This document shows positions 29,019 through 38,746 of a DNA stretch of 64,000 nucleotides, piece after piece. This DNA is from a virus (lineage: Duplodnaviria; Caudoviricetes): positions 1 through 64,000 of the IMG/VR virus record IMGVR_UViG_3300028591_000020; one strand, given 5' to 3'. Each line of letters begins with the position of its first letter. Position 1 is the first letter of the stretch. Position numbers and translations under genes: made by a program. A model generated the notes under the pieces. It did no database searches. It saw only the letters and a list, made by a program, of their open reading frames with translations, and was not told the DNA's origin.

Positions 29019-29062
29019 AGTTGTTATCCTGTTATATTGTTATGTGGCAAAAGCCACTATGA

Positions 29063-29484
29063 TTATTCTACTTTTCCTTCCATGAAGTCATTCAGAGAGA
29101 ATGTCTTACCTGCGTAGGTCTGACCGTTGCGGTCTTTCTTCCATGCTTCTACCAAATTCTTCATTTCATCCTCTTCCTGCTTAGTGGCAATCATCGACTT
29201 CTTGCCTTTTTTATCCTTGTCTGAGCCATATTCTACGGTGGGCTGGTCCATAATCATCAAGTCTATCTGAGCCGATGTATAACCGAAACGCCATCCGTAT
29301 TCCATGATACCCATGAAGGGAGTAAACAGGAACGGGAGTTTTTCTGCTACGGAGTGATTTCCTCCCCACGACGTGCGACTTGGCCACGCTCGTGTCGAGC
29401 TGTCGTCATCATCGTGTCCATTGCCTCTATCATCAATACGGTAATCAGACCTAATGCGTCTGATCGCTCCTTGATTTTTTTTTT
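29063..29484 (-). CDS. tail assembly chaperone, -1 frameshift extension (GT-like part)
   Basis: -1 frame is open from the A10 run to 29063 and closed by TAA immediately before the run. Confidence 0.75.
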
Positions 29485-29817
29485 ACTGGTTAAGATGACT
29501 TCCATCTGGAATGCCGTGCAACGCTCGCGCTTCACATACCAGAGCCAACGCCAGTAAATCCAATAGCCCAGCCAACTCAATACCCATGTCAGGAAACCAC
29601 TCCTGCGGTCCAACTTGACGAGAGCAAACCATTTCACCAGACGCTTCTCAGCATGTTTCTCTTTCAGCATCAGGTGAGCTATACGGGCCTCGGTATCTTT
29701 GTGAAGCCACCCAATAGTGGTTACACGACCATTGACCTCAATAGTCTCACTCTCATTTCTCGTTAGGTCACTCAATAGTTCCTGAACATCTATCTCTGGC
29801 TGTTTTACTTCTTCCAT
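29347..29817 (-). CDS. tail assembly chaperone (G-like)
   Basis: between tail tube and tape measure; contains A10 slippery run. Confidence 0.8.
   Translation of the reverse strand: MEEVKQPEIDVQELLSDLTRNESETIEVNGRVTTIGWLHKDTEARIAHLMLKEKHAEKRLVKWFALVKLDRRSGFLTWVLSWLGYWIYWRWLWYVKRERCTAFQMEVILTSKKKIKERSDALGLITVLMIEAMDTMMTTARHERGQVARRGEEITP
29475..29484 (-). promoter_or_regulatory. -1 ribosomal frameshift slippery site (A10)
   Basis: AGT AAA AAA AAA ATC in the chaperone gene. Confidence 0.75.
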
Positions 29818-29919
29818 TCTTTTATTTGCTTAGTAAATCCAAAAAGAAAGCAACTATCTGATAATCAGAGAGTTCTTATTTTCTTCTTTTATGGTTTTAT
29901 CTTTTTTATGCCACTTTTT

Positions 29920-29960
29920 AAAAGAAAAGAGTGACGAAGCGGAATGCCCGCCCGCCACTC
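29920..29960 (-). terminator. intrinsic terminator after tail tube gene
   Basis: GAGTGGCGGGCGG/CCGCTTCGTCACTC stem followed by U-rich tract. Confidence 0.7.
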
Positions 29961-29997
29961 GGTTTCTTCACTACTCCCTGTCTTGGCAGGGCGTAGC

Positions 29998-30570
29998 TTA
30001 GTTGGTCTTCTTCTTCAAGAAGATAACGTCTGGGTTGGTGCCGTCAGTCTCAATAGAACCGTTGAAGTCAACAGCAATAACTCCCTTTGCGTCGCTGTCG
30101 AGAACGAGGCTGGCAAACAGAGCCGTGTTGTTGATAATCATGATGCGGTCCTTGGCACTGTTGACAATCATCCAAGTACCCTGAACCTTCTTGTTCTTGA
30201 GGATAAGGGCCAGACCCTCGTAGTCCACGTCGTCAACCTTACCAGTGATTGCACTAACAGCGTCCTCACCAAAGGCCAGCTTGAGGATGTCCCCAGAGAT
30301 AGAGGGAACGCGGAAGCCAAGGTCGATGTCACCCGGCTCGGAGTCAGTGATCCATGCGCCAGAAAGACCGATAACCTTATACTCTTCCACTTCGGCCTCA
30401 CCCTGCTCGAAATTCAGGGAGTCAACCTTACAGGGAACGTCCAGCTCGGGAGTGGCGGTGAAAGACTTTACACCTGTTTCCTGGTCAGTTGTGATTTCCA
30501 GTATACCACTCTGATAGAGCAATGAGCTGGGGCCACTGAACTTGTCTGCTAATTGAGCTTTTGTCTTCAT
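29998..30570 (-). CDS. major tail tube protein
   Basis: 190 aa, beta-rich; canonical position before chaperones. Confidence 0.75.
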   Translation of the reverse strand: MKTKAQLADKFSGPSSLLYQSGILEITTDQETGVKSFTATPELDVPCKVDSLNFEQGEAEVEEYKVIGLSGAWITDSEPGDIDLGFRVPSISGDILKLAFGEDAVSAITGKVDDVDYEGLALILKNKKVQGTWMIVNSAKDRIMIINNTALFASLVLDSDAKGVIAVDFNGSIETDGTNPDVIFLKKKTN

Positions 30571-30601
30571 ATCAGTAAACTTTTAAAAGTGAATAAATTA
30601 T

Positions 30602-31021
30602 TTAAACCATCGTTGTCATCTTTGCCTGTATGCGCGTATAGTGGTAGCCGTGTCCGTCGCTCGATGCAGGAATGACCGTTCGAGGAAAGTCTATCTTGAA
30701 CTGATTAGGCACGACGATAGGAAAAACCTCCATCAGTGCATTTCTCAGACGCTTCATGGCTGGCTGATTGAACTCCTTCGGATTACTTCGGGTTTTCCTG
30801 TCAGCAACGAATATCTCAAAGACAACGGTAATATCCAGCCACCAGTCATCAGCCTCGCCAAGAGTCTTGTTGACGGTAGAGTATGGAAGGGAAACGACGA
30901 TAAACTCAGTCAGCTTCTCGTCAGTGGCATTGGGACGCTCCTGCAGGAACGTCTTCGCGCACACCCTCTGCGCTTCCTTATCCATTGTCTCAAGTATGTC
31001 CTCTGGAGTAATCATAATCAT
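30602..31021 (-). CDS. tail terminator-like protein
   Basis: position and size. Confidence 0.55.
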   Translation of the reverse strand: MIMITPEDILETMDKEAQRVCAKTFLQERPNATDEKLTEFIVVSLPYSTVNKTLGEADDWWLDITVVFEIFVADRKTRSNPKEFNQPAMKRLRNALMEVFPIVVPNQFKIDFPRTVIPASSDGHGYHYTRIQAKMTTMV

Positions 31022-31578
31022 GCAAACCTAAACTCTCTGATGTCACCACCACGACCTTCAATGTCATCGGCTATCTGTAAAAGAACCTTATTGCCGCCTA
31101 CCATCTTGGCATAATCGACAACGGTAACCACTCTATACGCTAACGATTCCTGACCCTTCTTTACCCTTGGAGCGTATCTGCTCAGCCACCTCACCACTTC
31201 TGCATCAGCTAAGATGTGACGCATACCTTCGGGTGCCTTGAAGGTGTGTTCCTGGGTGCTTCCGTCATAACGCTGACGGCCCTTGAGAAACTTGTCACCT
31301 TCTGCAAGCGTCAACTGAATGGGTGATTCCCCTTCAATATCGTTGCTGGTAGCACAGCCCACAAACCTGCCATTCCTGTATAAGGCAATGCCAAATGAGT
31401 TGATGTAGTTACCCGTCATGTCAGACATTTTCAGCTCTTCCATTGTTTCACGGGCAAAGTCATGTATCTCAGACATGACCGATGGCAACGCTCTCAGCAT
31501 TTCACGCTGTGCCTTGTTGTAGGCATTCTTGCGGAGATTATCATAGACTTGCTTGATACTGCTTCTGCGTACTGCCAT
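31018..31578 (-). CDS. neck/tail completion protein
   Basis: position; DMTGNYINSFG motif. Confidence 0.55.
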   Translation of the reverse strand: MAVRRSSIKQVYDNLRKNAYNKAQREMLRALPSVMSEIHDFARETMEELKMSDMTGNYINSFGIALYRNGRFVGCATSNDIEGESPIQLTLAEGDKFLKGRQRYDGSTQEHTFKAPEGMRHILADAEVVRWLSRYAPRVKKGQESLAYRVVTVVDYAKMVGGNKVLLQIADDIEGRGGDIREFRFA

Positions 31579-31583
31579 AAACG

Positions 31584-31940
31584 CTACTCCATATTGGCAT
31601 TTCGGTTCATTTCTCCATAAATTACACTACGGTTGTTGTCCGGCTCGAAGTCTTTGACTTCCCATTCCTCGGTGATATTACCTTTTACCACTATCAGAAC
31701 GTCACCAGACATTGGTATCAGGCCGTTCCACTCGTCAAAGCGAACTGGAATGCTGGCCTTGCGCTTGTTGCTGTCAACTTTAGCGTCTCCCGTTGTCGTG
31801 GTGTCTGTATAGCTGCGGCCTATACCCTCATAGACAATCTGCTCACCAAGCCCTCCCTCGGAGTACCTGTCTGGCATTTCACGTCTCACTATCTTGATAG
31901 AGTGAGGGTATCGCGGATTACTGACCTTAATCTTCCTCAT
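31584..31940 (-). CDS. head closure-like protein
   Basis: position; NPRYPH...beta-rich 118 aa. Confidence 0.55.
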   Translation of the reverse strand: MRKIKVSNPRYPHSIKIVRREMPDRYSEGGLGEQIVYEGIGRSYTDTTTTGDAKVDSNKRKASIPVRFDEWNGLIPMSGDVLIVVKGNITEEWEVKDFEPDNNRSVIYGEMNRNANME

Positions 31941-32437
31941 AGTGCAACTTCATGTGGAAGCGGAATACCAGCCTCATTGTAGTCACAGGGCTGAATCCCA
32001 AAGCTGCTTACATTTACCTCAACAGAGTCATCGTAGTCAAACTCTTCGTCATACTTTTCGTAGATAGACTTGGCGTAAGCAAGCATGCGGTCTTTATCTT
32101 CATCCGTCAACTGATAGCCGCCCTCGGAATGGCTCCAACCGTTATCAGAGTCAGAAGTGGAGTTGACCTTTGTAGGACCCATACAAATCCATACGTAAAG
32201 GTCGGCCTTCAGAAGTTCCTTCGTACGCTTCGGCTCGATGACGTTTTCATCATCAGCTACAGCGTCCGGAGCGTCAGCTTCGGGCTTAGGGAATAGTTCA
32301 TCAAACGTCTTGTCTGGGTCTATCCCTCGTTCGTCGCAGATGTGTTCTGCTGTTTCGTCAGATATTTGGAAATTCACACAGCCAAAAACATAGTCTCTGA
32401 CTGTTCTGACCTTCTTCTCTCCACTTTCGTTATCCAT
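31937..32437 (-). CDS. head-tail adaptor-like protein
   Basis: directly after capsid; ADLYVW...WSHSEGG. Confidence 0.55.
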   Translation of the reverse strand: MDNESGEKKVRTVRDYVFGCVNFQISDETAEHICDERGIDPDKTFDELFPKPEADAPDAVADDENVIEPKRTKELLKADLYVWICMGPTKVNSTSDSDNGWSHSEGGYQLTDEDKDRMLAYAKSIYEKYDEEFDYDDSVEVNVSSFGIQPCDYNEAGIPLPHEVAL

Positions 32438-32455
32438 ACGGGCAAATATTAGAGA

Positions 32456-32490
32456 AGGTGCGGCAGGCTGTTGCCAACCTGCCTACACCT
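32456..32490 (-). terminator. stem-loop/terminator after capsid gene
   Basis: AGGTGTAGGCAGG...CCTGCCGCACCT inverted repeat. Confidence 0.55.
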
Positions 32491-32492
32491 TA

Positions 32493-33860
32493 TTAATTTT
32501 GTGTGCGTACGTAGTAGTCAGTACCCTCAACAACCTCGGTATCGGTTGACAGAACGAAGCCACCGTCAGACTGAACGTACCAGCCCTCCTGAACAGGATT
32601 CTTACCCTCAGTATCGGTCACCTTGGTATAGGTGTAGGTCGGCTCTACTGGAGCCTCGCCCATGATATTCAGGTAGTAGAACCAGCGAGTGAGGTTAGGA
32701 ACACACATCGTCTGAGACTCAGACTTAACCTTGATCCACATCTTCTCGCCGTTGCGAACCTCGCGGAACATGGTACGGCCACCGTCGATGAAGGCGGTGC
32801 GAGTGTTACCACTGTCAATAGCAACGAGCTTACCACTCTGGGTAGTACCGATGTCACCATCAGGAATGTACACCAGAACACCCTCGCGGAAGGCCTGCAG
32901 GTTGTGGTATGCAGCCTTATGGGTGCGTGGGTCAATAAACTCGATTGCACCTACCTTGTCAACAACCTCGATGCGTCCGATGCGCTGCTGGATATAGTTC
33001 CAAATCAGCTCTTCATCTTGAGTGTAAGACCATGAGATGCGCAGAGTGTCCTTCGTGATGTCGGGACGCTGAGCAACAGCAAACAGCTCGCGGAAGAAAG
33101 GCATAGCCAGAAGGTCGCGCTTGGTGCGCTTGGAGCACTCCCAGTGTCCGGCAGGCATGCTATCGTTCTCTTCTGCATCCTCGACGATCTTCTGACAAAC
33201 GGTGATTGGGTTGACACCCTTACCAATGCCGGAAACCTGAACTACGTTGCCCTGACCATCCTTGTAGAACCAAGTGCTGGTCTTCTTGTTCTTGGCAGGA
33301 ACGCCAAAGTCAATCTCGAACGGCAGACCGTAGGGGTTGTTAATACCGTCGATGACGAGCTTACCCTCGTTACCAACAATCTGATGACGCTGGAACTGAA
33401 CGGTGTTGAAGTTACCACCAATCAGAGAGTCGGAAGCGGTGAAGAAAAGATTCATCACTGCATCAACAATATCCTGGCGCATGCCACCCAGCATGTCAAT
33501 GAGAGCCATCTTCTCACGAATCTTCTTACGGTCAAGGTACACCTCATGCTTGAAGATGTTAATCTCACCAGTCTTGAGGGTTGCACCGTCAACGCTCTTA
33601 GAAGGACCGTCAGAATCGTAGTCCACGTAGGCAGCCATCGTGTAAGGACGGATGACGGCCTCAATCTGCTCGTAAGTAGGATTCAGGCGAATGTCCGGAT
33701 CCAAGGGGAAGCCCATCTGAGCATAGGTAGCTTCGGCATTCCACTTCTCGGCAAACATATCGTCAAGATACATCTGCAGAGAGGCGTGACCACCGTCTAC
33801 ATAGCCCATAGAGGCAAGGCCCTGAGCAATAAAATCGTAAAATTGTGCGTCGCGTATCAT
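32493..33860 (-). CDS. major capsid protein (HK97 fold, gpE-like)
   Basis: 455 aa after scaffold and decoration genes; YTMAAYVDYDSDGP, FEIDFGVP. Confidence 0.8.
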   Translation of the reverse strand: MIRDAQFYDFIAQGLASMGYVDGGHASLQMYLDDMFAEKWNAEATYAQMGFPLDPDIRLNPTYEQIEAVIRPYTMAAYVDYDSDGPSKSVDGATLKTGEINIFKHEVYLDRKKIREKMALIDMLGGMRQDIVDAVMNLFFTASDSLIGGNFNTVQFQRHQIVGNEGKLVIDGINNPYGLPFEIDFGVPAKNKKTSTWFYKDGQGNVVQVSGIGKGVNPITVCQKIVEDAEENDSMPAGHWECSKRTKRDLLAMPFFRELFAVAQRPDITKDTLRISWSYTQDEELIWNYIQQRIGRIEVVDKVGAIEFIDPRTHKAAYHNLQAFREGVLVYIPDGDIGTTQSGKLVAIDSGNTRTAFIDGGRTMFREVRNGEKMWIKVKSESQTMCVPNLTRWFYYLNIMGEAPVEPTYTYTKVTDTEGKNPVQEGWYVQSDGGFVLSTDTEVVEGTDYYVRTQN

Positions 33861-33884
33861 AATTGAATACCTTTTAGAGATTAG

Positions 33885-34319
33885 TTACTCGATGCCGTAT
33901 GCCTCGCGAGCGTCTTTGCGCAAGCGGACGAACTCAATGTTCGGCAGCTGTGCCTCGACACTGGCAGGAACATCAGTGGCATCACCCCAGCACTTACCCG
34001 ACGTAACAATAGCTGTGGATGCGTAGAACGTACCCTCAACAATCTTGATGTCATGACGGGTCATGCCATTCACAGTCTTTAGCTTGGCAGCACCAGCGTC
34101 AGCCTTGATAACTTCGCAATAATCGCTTTCGTTGTCAAAGTGGACCATGGAACCAGCAGGGATAACATCACCTGCCTTGAAGCCTTGCTTAGCCAAATCA
34201 ATCTTTCGACCGATATGGATAATCTTGTCAACGTCAATCCAGCACTCAACGTTACCACCACCGATTGAGTGGGTCTGCTGAGACATGGTATTGTCCGTTC
34301 CTCTGTTGTAATAGCCCAT
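33885..34319 (-). CDS. head decoration-like protein
   Basis: 144 aa between scaffold and capsid. Confidence 0.55.
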   Translation of the reverse strand: MGYYNRGTDNTMSQQTHSIGGGNVECWIDVDKIIHIGRKIDLAKQGFKAGDVIPAGSMVHFDNESDYCEVIKADAGAAKLKTVNGMTRHDIKIVEGTFYASTAIVTSGKCWGDATDVPASVEAQLPNIEFVRLRKDAREAYGIE

Positions 34320-34372
34320 AACTGAAATGTTAATGAATAATGTTACCTGAAAAATCTTTTTACCCTAAAGAA

Positions 34373-35080
34373 CTATTTCTTCTCTTCGGGTTTTGGGAGC
34401 TTGCCGCGAGCACGCATCTTGGCTTTGAAGGCCTCACGCTTCGCGAGAGCTTCCTTGTCTGGTCCGTCGGTACGATGCTCCTGACCCTTGCGGGGACGCT
34501 CGAACTTGATACCAGCATCCTTCAACTCCTGATAGTAGGCTTCCTCTGCGTCCTTTGCCAGTTTGTCAATGTCGTGAGTCTGACCTTCTTCGAGTTTAGG
34601 GAGCTTAATCTTGGCAATAGTAGCGTTGACGAAATACGAGTTAGGGGTGATTTTCCCTTCCTTGAACGTCTCATTAAGCTTGTTGCGGACCTGGGCGATA
34701 ACAGCATCATTTGCTGCCTTTTCGTCCTTTTCTTTGAGAGACTTCTTAAGACCGTCAATCTCATCCTTCAAGGCTTTGAGTTTCGGGTCATCCTCATCCT
34801 CTTCCTGATGCTCATTGGGCTTCGGCTTCGGAGGGGTCTGCTGCGGATGCTTTTTCTTCCAGTCGTTAATCTGGGTGCCTGCCTCTTTTGCAACGTTTCC
34901 GTTCATACGAATCAGACGGTTGGCAATCCGTTTGCAGAATGCTTCATCGGCCTGACTGTCTTCGGTGATTCCTTCGAGCGCGTCATCCAACTCTGCGTTA
35001 ATAGTCTCTTCGCTGAGCACTGTGATGCGTGATTCGCCATACTGTGCTTCTACTAATGGTCTGAGTGATTCTCTATCCAT
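34373..35080 (-). CDS. capsid scaffolding protein
   Basis: highly charged coiled-coil; first gene of head operon. Confidence 0.65.
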   Translation of the reverse strand: MDRESLRPLVEAQYGESRITVLSEETINAELDDALEGITEDSQADEAFCKRIANRLIRMNGNVAKEAGTQINDWKKKHPQQTPPKPKPNEHQEEDEDDPKLKALKDEIDGLKKSLKEKDEKAANDAVIAQVRNKLNETFKEGKITPNSYFVNATIAKIKLPKLEEGQTHDIDKLAKDAEEAYYQELKDAGIKFERPRKGQEHRTDGPDKEALAKREAFKAKMRARGKLPKPEEKK

Positions 35081-35122
35081 GATTTTTAAAGTTTAAAATT
35101 GATGATTTCAATCGTTACTTAG

Positions 35123-35195
35123 TTGCAGGAGTGTGACTCGAACACACGACCTCAAGGCTATGATCCTCGCGAGCTACCGACTGCTCCATCCTGCG
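35123..35195 (-). tRNA. tRNA-Met(CAT), initiator-like
   Basis: full cloverleaf, 73 nt; C1:A72 mismatch, A11-U24; T-loop TTCGAGT; CCA not encoded. Confidence 0.9.
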
Positions 35196-35298
35196 ATATT
35201 AAAAACCCGACGCTTCGGGTTGATTGTTAACCATGAAAAACATAAATCTACTAACCTTTTGACCACCCTCACGGGTACGATTTTGCATAAATATACCT

Positions 35299-35366
35299 AA
35301 TTTTCTGCAAAAATATGAATAAAAATTGTATAAAACAAATATTTTTGCGTATTTTTGCAGAAAATT
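35299..35366. promoter_or_regulatory. divergent promoters (head operon / terminase)
   Basis: TATTTTTG -7 boxes on both strands (35315-35308 minus; 35350-35357 plus) forming a 16-bp inverted repeat. Confidence 0.6.
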
Positions 35367-35393
35367 ATGAATAATTATTCAATTTCGGGGTAG

Positions 35394-37064
35394 ATGGAAA
35401 AGTTTTCAGGACTTAAAATGCCCGATGGTGAGCCGATTCTGACTCAAGAGTACATCAATACCCTCCAGCAGCAGGCGATTGCAAAGAAACTCAAAAATGC
35501 AATCGTGCCACAGGCTGGAGGGCAAGAAAACATGCTCGCTACCAATGTGGATATACTGATTTGTGGTGGTTCGCGTGGTGGAAGTAAAAGTTTTTCGGGA
35601 TTGATGGAAGCACAAAAAGACATACTAAACCCCGATTTCCATGCAGCCGTATTCAGAAACAACAAGAAAGCCATGGAAAAACTGATACGTGACTCACGTA
35701 AACTTTTTTCACAATTTGGCACTTATAACAAGTCTCAGTCTGATATGACGTGGAACTTCAATGCAGGCGGCACCCTCGGCTTCTACTACCATGATGACAG
35801 CTATGAAGATTTCAAAGAACGTTTCCAAGGTCAGGAGTACGCATACATCTTCATCGACGAGATAACACACATCGAATACAACAAGTTCAAATACCTCACA
35901 ACATGTAACCGTAATGCCTATGGCATTCGCAACCGTTTTTGGGGAACTTGTAACCCTGACCCTCGCTCATGGGTACGTCAGTTCATCGACTGGTGGATTG
36001 ACAAAGACGGATATATCGACCCTGAGCGTGACGGAAAGGTACGCTATTGCTTCATGAAGGGTGACAGAATCAATCAGATTGTCTGGGGTGACACTCGCGA
36101 AGAGGTGTATCTCAAGTGCAAGGAAGAGATTGATGAAGTCTGGAATCCCAAGTTTGATGAATACGGTATGACGAAGGAACAGATGGTGATGTCCGTCGCT
36201 TTCGTACGTGCTGACCTCTCGCAGAATCCTATGCTTCTGCTCTCTGACCCCACATATCTCGCCCGTCTGGCCCAACAGGACAAAGGACAGGTATTGCGTG
36301 ACCTCAAAGCCAACTGGAATGCCTCTGAGGTGGGGGATGACATGATTTCCTACGACGAGTTGGAACAGGTGTTCGGTAATGCCTATCAGTATGGTGACGG
36401 CATCAGACGGTGTACGGCAGATATTGCCCTCGAAGGCGGTGATAACCTTGTCATGTATCTTTGGATAGGCTACCATGTTGCTGACTTCTGCTGTGTCAAC
36501 GTCAATTCCAAGACGGCAGTATCAGTCATTCAGCATAAATTGAAGGAGTGGGGTGTGCTCGAAGAGAATTTCTGCTACGACCTGCAGGGTGTAGGACAGC
36601 TCGTAAAGGGATTCTTCCCAGAAGCCATACCATTCAACAACCAGGCAGCTCCTATTGCTGACGAGGATGATGACTATGATGACGGGGTGAAGTATCTTTA
36701 CAAAGACCTTAAATCACAGTGTGCATATCTCACCTACCGCAAGCTCAAGGAGCTGAACATATCTTTCGATGCAAGTCTGCTTGACCGGAAGGTGTCGGGT
36801 AATGGCTACGAGGATATTATGCTTCGTGATGTGTTACAGAAGGAGCGTATGTCATTGCGTCGTGATCCAGATACAAAGGACAAGGGTTTCTGTCTGATGC
36901 CAAAGAAAAAATCGAAGGTAATAGTAGGACACTCGCCTGACTGGTGGGAGTCTCTGTATTTCCGAGCGTACTTTGACATTGCAGAACCCGTACAGATGGA
37001 AGTCGAAAACTCATGGATGCTGGGGGCAGACATGGAAATGAATTTTGATATGGAATTTAATTAA
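35394..37064 (+). CDS. terL: terminase large subunit
   Basis: Walker A GGSRGGSKS, Walker B YIFIDE, C-terminal nuclease DIALEGGD...SPDWWES. Confidence 0.9.
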   Translation: MEKFSGLKMPDGEPILTQEYINTLQQQAIAKKLKNAIVPQAGGQENMLATNVDILICGGSRGGSKSFSGLMEAQKDILNPDFHAAVFRNNKKAMEKLIRDSRKLFSQFGTYNKSQSDMTWNFNAGGTLGFYYHDDSYEDFKERFQGQEYAYIFIDEITHIEYNKFKYLTTCNRNAYGIRNRFWGTCNPDPRSWVRQFIDWWIDKDGYIDPERDGKVRYCFMKGDRINQIVWGDTREEVYLKCKEEIDEVWNPKFDEYGMTKEQMVMSVAFVRADLSQNPMLLLSDPTYLARLAQQDKGQVLRDLKANWNASEVGDDMISYDELEQVFGNAYQYGDGIRRCTADIALEGGDNLVMYLWIGYHVADFCCVNVNSKTAVSVIQHKLKEWGVLEENFCYDLQGVGQLVKGFFPEAIPFNNQAAPIADEDDDYDDGVKYLYKDLKSQCAYLTYRKLKELNISFDASLLDRKVSGNGYEDIMLRDVLQKERMSLRRDPDTKDKGFCLMPKKKSKVIVGHSPDWWESLYFRAYFDIAEPVQMEVENSWMLGADMEMNFDMEFN

Positions 37065-37078
37065 AACAGGATAACAAT

Positions 37079-38743
37079 ATGGCAAAGAGATTTGATTTCA
37101 AGGAAGTTCTCGTTCGCAAGCCTATCTACAAAGTCTTACCAAGCGAAACGAACATTAAGTTTGAGACCTATCAGGGCAGCGATATGTCGGAGCCTAATGA
37201 CCCTCTCAAGCTACAGGTCTATACGCAGTCGCAGATGCTACGTGAATACTACCCGTCGGCTCATAACATCAACAATCCTGTCCTCTATCCAGATGTGTGG
37301 AAGGAAATGCCTGTGCCGGGCAAGCCGAATCAGAAGCGTTACTTCCGTCAGCCCATCACACGTACTGCTCTGGCTTTCCAGCGCGTCATCAAAATCAAAC
37401 GTAATACGCATGTGTGTGGTAACGATATGCAGTTTGAGTTGGCATCCAAGAGTCGCGACGAAAAGAAAACCCTTCAAGATACGCTGTCGCTGCTGGACTT
37501 CAAGGAAGGCTGGCTGACAATGGGGATGGAAGAGCGTTTCTACGAGGCTGTTGATTCTATCAACACCGTTGCGGATGCTGCCGTGGTTGGCTTCTTTGAT
37601 GAAAATGGTGAACCTCAGACGCGCACATTCTCCTTCATCAACGGCGATAAGCTCTATCCGCACTACGACCCCATCACTGGCCGCATGGTTCTCTTTGCCC
37701 GTAAGTATTACGACCTCGATGAAGATGGAAAGCGTACCACTGAATGGGTAGAGGTGTGGGATGATGAATACCTGTATCGCTTCAAGCGTGACGTGAAGAG
37801 TATTTCTGCTACCATTCTTGACATCTTCGGACTCAACGGATTCAAGCAGGTGGGTGAACCTCAGAAGCACGGATTCCCATTCATTCCTGTTGCCTATCAT
37901 GTCAATCCCGAAGGTCCGGCATGGGCTTTCTCGCAGGACACTATTGAGAAATACGAAGAGGCTATGTCGTACTTCTTCGAGAACAACAAGGCATACGCTT
38001 TCCCGATATTCTATGCTAAGGGCAAGGGCGTGAAACTCAGCGGCAACATGAATGGTGCTGTCAAGGCGGTGGCCATCAGCGACCCCAAGGGTGAAGCTGG
38101 ATTCCTCAAGCAAGAGGACGTTTCCAACTCTTACAACACGCTCCTTATCAAACTCTACGACCTTATCTACGAGCAGTCGTTTGCCGTCAAGCCACCTGAA
38201 TTGAAGTCTGGCGACCTGCCAGGAGTGGCCGTTAAGCTGTTGTTCTCTCCTGCCATTGAACAGGCTATTGGTGATGCTGAACATCTGCAGCCGTTCGTGG
38301 AGCAGCTGGTACGTATCGTCAAGTATGCTTGGGGATATAAGCTCAACCATCCGGCTACACTCATGGCTCTGCCTATCAAGTCGTGGATTGAGCCATATAT
38401 TCATCAGAATGATAGCGAGCTGATGACAAACCTCGCTACCGGCGTATCGAATGGCTTCATTTCCATACAGACGGCTTCTGAGCGTGCTTCTAAGTACACG
38501 AAGAATGATGAAATGGATCGTCTGCTGAAAGAGTATAAGCAGAAGCAGGAACTCGACCTTCTCTATGAAATCAAGAAGAAGAAGGCTGAGGTGGAGGCTG
38601 AGATTGAAAAGCTCAAGCAGACATCGAAGATTCAAGCCAAGCAGGGTAATGTCCGCACTGGCAACGGACGTACTCGTACCACTGACGAGAACGGCAACCA
38701 CGAAGGAGAGAATAATTGGGACACATGGGACAAAACGCATTAA
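37079..38743 (+). CDS. portal protein (SPP1 gp6-like)
   Basis: 554 aa directly after terL; PFIPVAYH, SGVAVKLLF-like motif. Confidence 0.85.
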   Translation: MAKRFDFKEVLVRKPIYKVLPSETNIKFETYQGSDMSEPNDPLKLQVYTQSQMLREYYPSAHNINNPVLYPDVWKEMPVPGKPNQKRYFRQPITRTALAFQRVIKIKRNTHVCGNDMQFELASKSRDEKKTLQDTLSLLDFKEGWLTMGMEERFYEAVDSINTVADAAVVGFFDENGEPQTRTFSFINGDKLYPHYDPITGRMVLFARKYYDLDEDGKRTTEWVEVWDDEYLYRFKRDVKSISATILDIFGLNGFKQVGEPQKHGFPFIPVAYHVNPEGPAWAFSQDTIEKYEEAMSYFFENNKAYAFPIFYAKGKGVKLSGNMNGAVKAVAISDPKGEAGFLKQEDVSNSYNTLLIKLYDLIYEQSFAVKPPELKSGDLPGVAVKLLFSPAIEQAIGDAEHLQPFVEQLVRIVKYAWGYKLNHPATLMALPIKSWIEPYIHQNDSELMTNLATGVSNGFISIQTASERASKYTKNDEMDRLLKEYKQKQELDLLYEIKKKKAEVEAEIEKLKQTSKIQAKQGNVRTGNGRTRTTDENGNHEGENNWDTWDKTH

Positions 38744-38746
38744 GAC

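Noticed and set aside
37238-38740. 500-aa minus-strand ORF
   Set aside because: Antisense shadow of the portal gene.
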